Part shown: positions 57,344-64,000 of the stretch, piece by piece
How the letters are laid out: the number at the start of each line of letters is the position of its first letter
How positions within the stretch are numbered: the first letter of the stretch is position 1
Virus record (IMG/VR): IMGVR_UViG_2508501067_000008
Location: 91 to 64,090 of that record
Length of the DNA stretch: 64,000 nt
Origin: a virus
Lineage: Duplodnaviria > Caudoviricetes
Strand: one strand, 5' to 3'
Translations under genes and position numbers: made by a program
The notes under the pieces: generated by a model
Seen by the model: only the letters and a program-made list of their open reading frames with translations
What the model was told of the DNA's origin: nothing
Databases searched by the model: none

Positions 57344-59251
57344 ATGGTAGCATTCACCACACCCAACTTTCCGCCGCCGGTCGAGACCTACGCGGTCGAT
57401 TTTGAGACCACTTATCAGAAGAGGGTTCGGGATATTGCGATCCTCGGCACCGCCAGGTATGTCTCGCACCCGGAGACCAAGCTCTATCTTGTATCCATCC
57501 ATGGCCTACGCCCTGACGGGTCTGTCCTGTCTTATTCCGGGCCGATCGAGCAAGCCCCGTGGCAGGAGATCGACGGCAGACACTGGGTGAGCCATAATGC
57601 GGCGTTTGACGCGACCGTCTTCATGGAAGCCGTCAGGCGCGGACAGATACCCGGCGGCGTCGCCCCCGTCGAATGGGATTGCACGGCAAATCTCGCCGTC
57701 TTCCTCGGCTCCGGCCGCAGTCTCGCTGCTGCTTGCGAGATGCTTCTTGGTGTCACGGTCGACAAGACTGTGCGCGACGAGATGAACGGCAAGACATGGG
57801 AGACCATGACGCCGGAGTTTCGTCAGGCCGCCATCGAGTATGCGGCAAAGGACGCTCTACGTTGCTGGGAGCTCTGGAATTTCTGGAGTGCCAAGTGGCC
57901 TGCGCAGGAGGTTGCCCTCAGTCGTCATACGATGGCGATGGCGCTGCGTGGCGTCGCTATCGACCTCAATTACGTGGAGGACGGTCTCCAGAAACTGAAG
58001 CAGGCCCTGTGGGCGTGCGAGCAACGCATTCCCTGGGTCGGGGAACTCGACGCCAAGGGCAAGGAAATCACTGTCGGCAGCCGGAAGGCACTTGCTGCTG
58101 CCTGTGTTGCTGCCGGCATCCCTCCTCCGGCCAGCACGGCCGACAAAAACGAGATATTCGATCGCTGGGCTGAGCAGTTCTCCGATCGGGCACCGTTCGT
58201 GCAGGCAGTAAAGGATCATCGCAGCATCAGTCGCACCATTGACCTCCTTCAGAAATTTCGCGATCGCACGATGGACGACGGCCGCATGCCCTACGGGTTG
58301 AAATACGGTGGTGCCCATACCCTGCGATGGAGCGGCGACACCGGACTTAACGTTCACAATTTCCCCCGCGACCCGCTGTGTTTCGATACCCAGTGGCAGA
58401 AATACAAGTACGAGGAGGGTACGGAGTATCACGCCCGGATTGATCCACGCGGGTGCATCTATCCTGCGCCCGGGAAGAAGTTCGTCATTGCCGATCTCAA
58501 GCAGATCGAGGCCCGCGTCACGCTCTGGTACGCCGAGGACTGGAACCAGCTTGAGCTCCTCCGGAACGGCATGGATGTGTACGAGGCGCATGCCCGTGCC
58601 ACGATGGGTTACATCCGGCCGGAGCCACTGAAGGACTGGGTAAAGACTCCCGGCCTTTCGTTCGCGGAAGCCAACATGCGCCAGATCGCAAAGGCGCGTG
58701 TCCTGGGCCTCGGCTTCGGGATGGGAGCGCAACGCCTCATCGATTACGCGAAGACGACTATCGGCATTGTTCTGACCCCTGCGCAGGCGAAGGCCATTGT
58801 CGACGGGTTCCGTCGGGCAAATCCGGGAGTTGTCCGGTTCTGGAACCGGCTTCAGGTGGCGATGGAACGGCATGCGGCGAGCCCGCAACGTCACGAGCCT
58901 TTCGGTATCGAACTGCCAAGCTGGCGCAGTCTGGAGTATTACGATGTAAACACAGCTGTCGGCCTTCAGGCTCGCGACGAAATGGGCGGACGCATGACGC
59001 ACTGGTTTGGCGGGAAGCTCGCTGAAAACGTCGTGCAGGCAACCGCCCGGGATATTCTGGGCGAAGCCATCCTGCGGATCGAAGCTGCCGGACATCCGGT
59101 TGTCATGCACGTGCATGACGAGGTGCTTGCCGAGGTCGACCTTCACGTGCCCTGCGAGGAGATCGAAGCCTTGATGACAGTTACACCCGAGTGGGCGCCC
59201 GGCCTGCCCGTGGGCAGCACGGTCGAGGAAGCTGACCGCTATTTCAAGTAA
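57344..59251 (+). CDS. polA: DNA polymerase family A with 3'-5' exonuclease
   Basis: DFET, HNAAFD, YAAKDA exo motifs; DLKQIEAR, RQIAKARVLGLGFG, HVHDE polymerase motifs. Confidence 0.95.
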   Translation: MVAFTTPNFPPPVETYAVDFETTYQKRVRDIAILGTARYVSHPETKLYLVSIHGLRPDGSVLSYSGPIEQAPWQEIDGRHWVSHNAAFDATVFMEAVRRGQIPGGVAPVEWDCTANLAVFLGSGRSLAAACEMLLGVTVDKTVRDEMNGKTWETMTPEFRQAAIEYAAKDALRCWELWNFWSAKWPAQEVALSRHTMAMALRGVAIDLNYVEDGLQKLKQALWACEQRIPWVGELDAKGKEITVGSRKALAAACVAAGIPPPASTADKNEIFDRWAEQFSDRAPFVQAVKDHRSISRTIDLLQKFRDRTMDDGRMPYGLKYGGAHTLRWSGDTGLNVHNFPRDPLCFDTQWQKYKYEEGTEYHARIDPRGCIYPAPGKKFVIADLKQIEARVTLWYAEDWNQLELLRNGMDVYEAHARATMGYIRPEPLKDWVKTPGLSFAEANMRQIAKARVLGLGFGMGAQRLIDYAKTTIGIVLTPAQAKAIVDGFRRANPGVVRFWNRLQVAMERHAASPQRHEPFGIELPSWRSLEYYDVNTAVGLQARDEMGGRMTHWFGGKLAENVVQATARDILGEAILRIEAAGHPVVMHVHDEVLAEVDLHVPCEEIEALMTVTPEWAPGLPVGSTVEEADRYFK

Positions 59252-59271
59252 CCGCAATAAAACGCAATAGA

Positions 59272-59547
59272 ATGAATATCGACCTGTTTATCAGAGTACG
59301 TGATCTTAAGACAAATACCTCACGGCTTTTTCATCGACGAGCTGAGTATGCGTACCGGATCGACCGCGGAGATTTGGTTTCCCTGTACCCTTCGGGATTG
59401 TTTGTGCGGGTATCGCAGGTCAGCCACGATTGCGACGCCCGCACGGTATCCGTAGAGTTGGAAGACAGGTACTTTGAAAACTCGGGAAGAGCCTCCCGGA
59501 ATGCAGATGACCTGCTCGCCAACGGTTGGGAGGAAGCGAAAGGGTGA
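59272..59547 (+). CDS. Hypothetical protein
   Basis: 91 aa, preceded by GCAATAA tandem motif. Confidence 0.6.
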   Translation: MNIDLFIRVRDLKTNTSRLFHRRAEYAYRIDRGDLVSLYPSGLFVRVSQVSHDCDARTVSVELEDRYFENSGRASRNADDLLANGWEEAKG

Positions 59548-59906
59548 AGTTCATCCTTCACCGATTCGTTGCGGCAACCTTTGCCCTGCTGCTGGTCACC
59601 GCCCTTGCTGACCCGACGCCGCTTGCGGGTAAAGCGTCGTGGTACGGCGAGGAGCACGCCGGCCGTCCGATGGCGAATGGCAAACCGTTCGATCCGGGCG
59701 CCCTCACTTGTGCGTCATGGCATTTTCCTCTCGGGATCCGGATAGAGGTTCGCCACGCCGGCCGGAAGGTAACGGTCGTCGTGACCGATCGCGGCCCCGG
59801 CCGTCGGTTCCCCGATCGTGTTGTCGACCTCTCACGCGCCGCATTTGCCCGCCTCGCCGATCCCGACGTCGGACTGATCGAAGTGACAGTCGCCCCTCTT
59901 CCCTAG
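59544..59906 (+). CDS. rlpA: RlpA-like lytic transglycosylase (DPBB fold) with signal peptide
   Basis: GKASWYG, ANG..FDPGALT, VTDRGP, VDLSRAAF; hydrophobic N-terminus; GTG 59544. Confidence 0.85.
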   Translation: MKFILHRFVAATFALLLVTALADPTPLAGKASWYGEEHAGRPMANGKPFDPGALTCASWHFPLGIRIEVRHAGRKVTVVVTDRGPGRRFPDRVVDLSRAAFARLADPDVGLIEVTVAPLP

Positions 59907-59915
59907 CGTCTTTCC

Positions 59916-62069
59916 ATGTCGTTTTTCACTCTTCCCAACCTCTCCTCTCATTCGGTCCAGCCGGTAGATGCTCCGTGGAGCATCGAATCGGTTCGACCGG
60001 CGTTCGCGACCAAGGACGAGTTCCGTCTCTGGTGCAACGCACCCACTACGAGCCATGCTTTTCTCAGTGCCGTGGAAGGCGTTCAGCCGGGGCTTCGGGT
60101 CAGCGAGCTCAACCCTCCTGCCCGGATTCATGGCCTGATTCTCGACTACGACGCGGTACCCGGCGGACCGCCAGAGCAGCTTCTGTTGAACAACGCCCCG
60201 GACGGACTGCGACCTGCCTGGGTCAGCCGGACCTTCAGCGGGCATTGCCGGGTTCTCTATGTATTCGAGACTGCAATACCCCTGTTCAACAGCTTTGACC
60301 TTACCCGGGAGTTCCTCAAGCGGGCGGCCCGAGAGCTGAAGCTCCGGAAACTGTTGCCCGGTTTCGAGCACGAAACCCTGCTGGACCCGGCCAAGCATTA
60401 CGAGCTTGGTGACAACTGGACTCCCGTCGGTGACGGTTCCGCGATCATTCCGGCCAATGAGCTGATGTCGTGGGTGACAGAGGCCAGCCGCAAGCACAAG
60501 TGGGAGAAGGAAGGCACTGCCATCCCGCTTGATCTCGTTCGCGAAGAGGCCGCGAAACGATTCCCGGGCAAATGGCCGGGTGGATGGGAACTCTTCGATG
60601 TCGGCGCGCGCGGCCCGCGTTTCTGGGATGATTCGGCCTCCGACCCGACTGCCACCATTGTCCGCGAGACCGGCGTCCAGTTTTTCAGCGATGGCGGCGG
60701 CTGGATGTCGTGGGAGGCGATCTTTGGCACCGAATTCGTGCGCCGCTGGTCTGCCGACCGGAAGGGCAATGCGATCAAGGATCTCTGGTTTGACGGCAAA
60801 TACTACTGGCGGAAGGACGCCTACGGACTCTGGCATCCGGCGACCAAGGAGGACATCCGGCTCGAGCTGTTTGTCGACTACCGGCTTTCCAACAAATCAT
60901 CCCGGGCCGGTGTTCCGACCGAGATCGACGAAGCTCTGCGCGACCTGCAACGCACCAAGATGGTCCGGAAGGCCATGCCTTTCCTGTACCGACCCGACGG
61001 GCTGCACCCTTACAACGGTCAACGCTACCTGAACACCAGCACAGTTCGACCGATTCCGCCCGTCGATGCAGCGATCGACTGGGGCGAAGGCTTTCCCTGG
61101 CTCGGCCAGTTTCTGTACACCCTGTTCGAGCCCGACGACCAGCTCGACTACTTCATGGCGTGGGTGAAGCATTTTTACATGGGGGCATACATGCAGGACC
61201 CCCGTCGCGGCCTTGCCTTGTTTATCGCCGGACCGCCCGGCGCCGGCAAGACGGTGCTCAACAAGGCGATCCTCGGGCAACTGTTCGGGGGCCGGCAGGA
61301 TGCCGGCAAGTATCTGATCGGCAAGGACCAGTTCAATGATGCGCTTTTCGGTGCCGCCGTCTGGAATGTCGACGACGAGATTGATACCGGCAATCCGCAC
61401 CAGCGCAGCGTGTTCACGCAGATGGTGAAGCGTATCGTCGCCAACGACAGTTTCGTGTACCGTGCCATGTACACCGGCGGTGAGGACATGGAATGGCTGG
61501 GGCGGCCGATCATCACGATGAACGACGATCCCGAGTCGTTGCAGATACTGCCCGAGGTTGAGCGCAACATCCTCGACAAGATCATGCTTCTGCGGACGAA
61601 GCAGCCGGACGTCGAGTTCTGGCCCAGTGACGCGGAGATCGCCGCCGAGCTTCCCTACTTTGCGGCTTTCCTGCGCGACTGGACACCTCCGGCGCACACG
61701 CTCCCTCCGCTCAACCGGCGCCGGTTCGGTGTTATCCCCTATCACCACGCTGACCTTCTCCAGTCGGCGGTGTCCACCAACGCCACCAGCTCTTTTGAGG
61801 AGCTGGTGTCCCTCTGGCGCGAGGAGTGGTTTGGCCCGGGTGGCCCGGGGGAAAGTGCCCAGCAATGGGATGGAACCCCGACAGCTCTCCATCAGGCGAT
61901 CAACCGCAATGACAGCCTGCGTGCGATTCTGGATACAAATTTCAGGAGCACGACGGCGATCGGAATTCACCTCAACAAGCTCCTCAGCCGCGGTACTCCC
62001 TACCTGCAACGTCTCGGTCATCGCAGGTACGCGATCCTGCGCCCCGGCGCGACAGTTGTTGCTGCCTGA
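59916..62069 (+). CDS. Primase-helicase (PrimPol-like N-terminus plus P-loop helicase)
   Basis: ILDYD, TFSGHCRV, GPPGAGKT, VWNVDDE, ITMND. Confidence 0.82.
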   Translation: MSFFTLPNLSSHSVQPVDAPWSIESVRPAFATKDEFRLWCNAPTTSHAFLSAVEGVQPGLRVSELNPPARIHGLILDYDAVPGGPPEQLLLNNAPDGLRPAWVSRTFSGHCRVLYVFETAIPLFNSFDLTREFLKRAARELKLRKLLPGFEHETLLDPAKHYELGDNWTPVGDGSAIIPANELMSWVTEASRKHKWEKEGTAIPLDLVREEAAKRFPGKWPGGWELFDVGARGPRFWDDSASDPTATIVRETGVQFFSDGGGWMSWEAIFGTEFVRRWSADRKGNAIKDLWFDGKYYWRKDAYGLWHPATKEDIRLELFVDYRLSNKSSRAGVPTEIDEALRDLQRTKMVRKAMPFLYRPDGLHPYNGQRYLNTSTVRPIPPVDAAIDWGEGFPWLGQFLYTLFEPDDQLDYFMAWVKHFYMGAYMQDPRRGLALFIAGPPGAGKTVLNKAILGQLFGGRQDAGKYLIGKDQFNDALFGAAVWNVDDEIDTGNPHQRSVFTQMVKRIVANDSFVYRAMYTGGEDMEWLGRPIITMNDDPESLQILPEVERNILDKIMLLRTKQPDVEFWPSDAEIAAELPYFAAFLRDWTPPAHTLPPLNRRRFGVIPYHHADLLQSAVSTNATSSFEELVSLWREEWFGPGGPGESAQQWDGTPTALHQAINRNDSLRAILDTNFRSTTAIGIHLNKLLSRGTPYLQRLGHRRYAILRPGATVVAA

Positions 62070-62071
62070 TT

Positions 62072-62572
62072 ATGGCGAACGGCCATCAAAACACATTGCG
62101 CTGCCGCCACTGCGGAGGCCCGGTCGAGTTGATTCGGGACCAGCATCCGGAAGACAGGACCGAGCAGTTCAGCCTCCGGCATAGGCCATGGAGGTGCGTG
62201 CAGGCGGGAGGTCGTGTGACACAGTCACCGCATCTCGGGTACGCTTTCAGACTGGATGATTTCTATCTCCGGGCTGCCGATGTCGGCAGGGTAATCAATG
62301 AGTTTGTGTCCCGTGGCATGTCCGATCTGGAAGTAAAGTGCGCGGACCTGACAGAAGTTCTGAATGATCCCTTCCCGCTGATCGGCACTTCAACCGGTAC
62401 GGGACCTCTCCTTGGTTTTGACGAAGCCGAAACCATCGTGACCACGACAGGTACAGGAGCTTTTCACAAGATCACCAATCCGAACCTGGGCATACTCCGG
62501 GACGAGGTGCCGGAAAAGAAGCCAGTTCCGGCCCGTACATTCGGGTCGGCCCCCAGAAAAATCCTGCTATGA
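62072..62572 (+). CDS. Hypothetical Cys-containing protein
   Basis: CRHCGG; C-terminal FGSAPRKILL. Confidence 0.6.
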   Translation: MANGHQNTLRCRHCGGPVELIRDQHPEDRTEQFSLRHRPWRCVQAGGRVTQSPHLGYAFRLDDFYLRAADVGRVINEFVSRGMSDLEVKCADLTEVLNDPFPLIGTSTGTGPLLGFDEAETIVTTTGTGAFHKITNPNLGILRDEVPEKKPVPARTFGSAPRKILL

Positions 62573-62883
62573 CACGCTACACCGGAGTCTACGTAACCAA
62601 AGGCACTGTCCGGAATGTCGAGTTCGAGGCCGCCGACGCCGCGGAGGCCCAGATGCTTGCTCGTCTCTGGAATGTCGGTCTGGTCGGTGAGGCCGCCCCT
62701 CGCCAGGCCCCGAACACGGTGCCGCCGGAAGCCTTCAACGTGAAGGACACCTGCCGGATGCTGGGCAACGTCTCCCGCACGCAAATTTACCGCTGGGTCG
62801 CAACCGGTGAACTGGACCGGGTTCCGGACACTGCCCGGGTGCTCATTACGCGGGAGTCGATCCAGCGGCGGGCTCGTCGCTGA
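62569..62883 (+). CDS. xis: Excisionase-like HTH protein
   Basis: FNVKDTCRMLGNVSRTQIYRWVATGEL...RVLITRESI; convergent on integrase. Confidence 0.78.
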   Translation: MTRYTGVYVTKGTVRNVEFEAADAAEAQMLARLWNVGLVGEAAPRQAPNTVPPEAFNVKDTCRMLGNVSRTQIYRWVATGELDRVPDTARVLITRESIQRRARR

Positions 62884-64000
62884 AGCTGACCTTCCTGATT
62901 GCCTGTAGACTATGCTCGTCACGCAGGTGGCCGTAGGTTTTCATTGCCAGCGTTCCTCCATCCGAGTGCCCCAGCCAGCGACTGACGGTTGGAATATCCA
63001 CGCCGCTCTCGATGCAGACGGTGGCGAAATAGTGTCGCAAGTCGTGATGCCGCAGCCGGGGAAGGCCAAGCCGTTCGCAGGCCCGCTCCAGTGCCCCGCG
63101 TGAGGTCCTGACTGTGAGAACAGGCCCTGTTGGCCGGGTCTTCTTGATCCGCGTCAACAGTGCCCGCAGTTCCCGGGTCACCGGAATGACCCGATCGCTG
63201 GACTCGGATTTCGTCCCGTGGAGGTGAATCGTATCGCCGCGCCAGTCTTCCATACAGGCCGCATTACCTTCCTCGAGACGGGCGCCGGAATACGCCAGAA
63301 ACCGGGCATGTTCAGCCGCCGCTTTGGCCTGCGCCGTCAGCAGGGCGATCCGGCTTCCCCCTTGCGGTTTCTCCATCTCATCGAAAATCCGGGCCATGTC
63401 ATGCTTGGATGGTAACATCGGCTTGCGGGTCTTCTTGGGAGACCAGATTGATTTCTGAACCGCGCCGTCCGGGGCAACAAACGGGTCGTCGGTAACGAGG
63501 TGGAACTCGCGGGCAATGCGGAGAAGCGTTCTCAGCAAAGACAAGGTCTGGTTCACACTCGCCGGGCTGTAATCAATCGCCAGTCGATTGCGGAGATCGA
63601 GCAGCGTGTTGAAAGTAAGGGACCCGGGAAGAACGCGATCAAAGTTCGGCAGGGCGTCCTGAAGACGCTTCAACCAGTTCAGATAATTGGTCTTGGTCGA
63701 ATCGTCCTGTTCGGTGGAAGCCTTCAGACGTTCCCCGAAAATCCGGGCTATGTCGCCCAAGGTCCGGATGTCTTTGGACAGGGTGATCCCGGACTGCCGG
63801 GCCTTCTCGATGTCGGCCATCTTCTTTTTGTGCCGAAGGCGGGCGACGGTGAGAACCGATGTCTTGAGGCTTTTGAACGTACGAGGACCGTTCAGGCCGA
63901 ATCGGGAGTAGTAGATTCCACTTTTGAGGTTCCGGTAAAAGTTGGGTTCAACCGGTTCCCAGGTCTTGGGTTTGCTGTTTCCGAGTGTTTCAGGATTCAC
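62846..64000 (-). CDS. int: Tyrosine integrase
   Basis: SGARLEE, LHGTKS, HDLRH, LGHS..MKTYGH catalytic set. Confidence 0.95.
   Translation of the reverse strand: MNPETLGNSKPKTWEPVEPNFYRNLKSGIYYSRFGLNGPRTFKSLKTSVLTVARLRHKKKMADIEKARQSGITLSKDIRTLGDIARIFGERLKASTEQDDSTKTNYLNWLKRLQDALPNFDRVLPGSLTFNTLLDLRNRLAIDYSPASVNQTLSLLRTLLRIAREFHLVTDDPFVAPDGAVQKSIWSPKKTRKPMLPSKHDMARIFDEMEKPQGGSRIALLTAQAKAAAEHARFLAYSGARLEEGNAACMEDWRGDTIHLHGTKSESSDRVIPVTRELRALLTRIKKTRPTGPVLTVRTSRGALERACERLGLPRLRHHDLRHYFATVCIESGVDIPTVSRWLGHSDGGTLAMKTYGHLRDEHSLQAIRKVSFSDEPAAGSTPA

Larger units (their letters stand above)
1..64000. mobile_element. Temperate lambda-like tailed phage / prophage (ends not captured)
   Basis: Ordered terminase-portal-protease-capsid-tail-tape measure-fibre module, replication module, excisionase and tyrosine integrase; no host housekeeping genes; att sites not visible. 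Confidence 0.92.

Noticed and set aside
42872-59251. 2-aminoadenine (Z-genome) pathway
   Set aside because: HD, MazG-like and PolA genes are present but no PurZ/adenylosuccinate synthetase homologue is visible
2084-62021. Numerous long opposite-strand or alternate-frame ORFs (e.g. 2084-3379, 14129-15610, 15945-17324, 31316-32743, 57857-59257, 60897-62021)
   Set aside because: Shadow ORFs of GC-rich genes; low-complexity translations lying antisense to well-supported genes
1-64000. Host assignment (PVC or Bacteroidota suggested by absent SD sequences and A-rich leaders)
   Set aside because: No host genes or att site in the window; the evidence is too indirect

Overview
The whole window reads as one temperate, lambda-like tailed phage or prophage at roughly 60-65% GC. 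No host genes are present, so the host cannot be assigned. The left arm (1-24.5 kb, minus strand) is the morphogenesis and lysis operon: terminase, portal, prohead protease, capsid, tail, tape measure, fibres and two lipoproteins, interrupted by a two-gene moron on the plus strand. The right arm (25-63 kb, plus strand) is a long early/replication region. It carries an XRE protein and antirepressor, a sigma-like first gene, an ncRNA cluster with atypical tRNA-like structures, two AAA+ ATPases with a DUF1257/DUF2997-type module, a macrodomain, DNA ligase, MTase, HD, HIRAN, MazG, RuvC-like, an intein-bearing SF2 helicase, a Cas4-like nuclease, PolA, RlpA, primase-helicase and excisionase. A convergent tyrosine integrase starts at the last base. 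The most interesting signals lie outside standard annotation. (i) A GGTTGAC element sits 12-24 nt upstream of 13 late-gene start codons, twice inside terminator hairpins. (ii) A shared C-terminal RK(I/L)(L/I/F)L peptide tag ends five unrelated early proteins, and a 19-aa micro-ORF consists mostly of that tag. (iii) Three non-canonical tRNA-like RNAs lie in tandem. (iv) A divergent ribbon-helix-helix pair is linked to a 10-bp-period operator-like repeat spread across the genome. (v) An origin-like element is duplicated 20 kb apart. Several apparent 1-2 nt indels in simple repeats may be assembly errors or decay. All family assignments come from motif recognition by eye, not from database searches.
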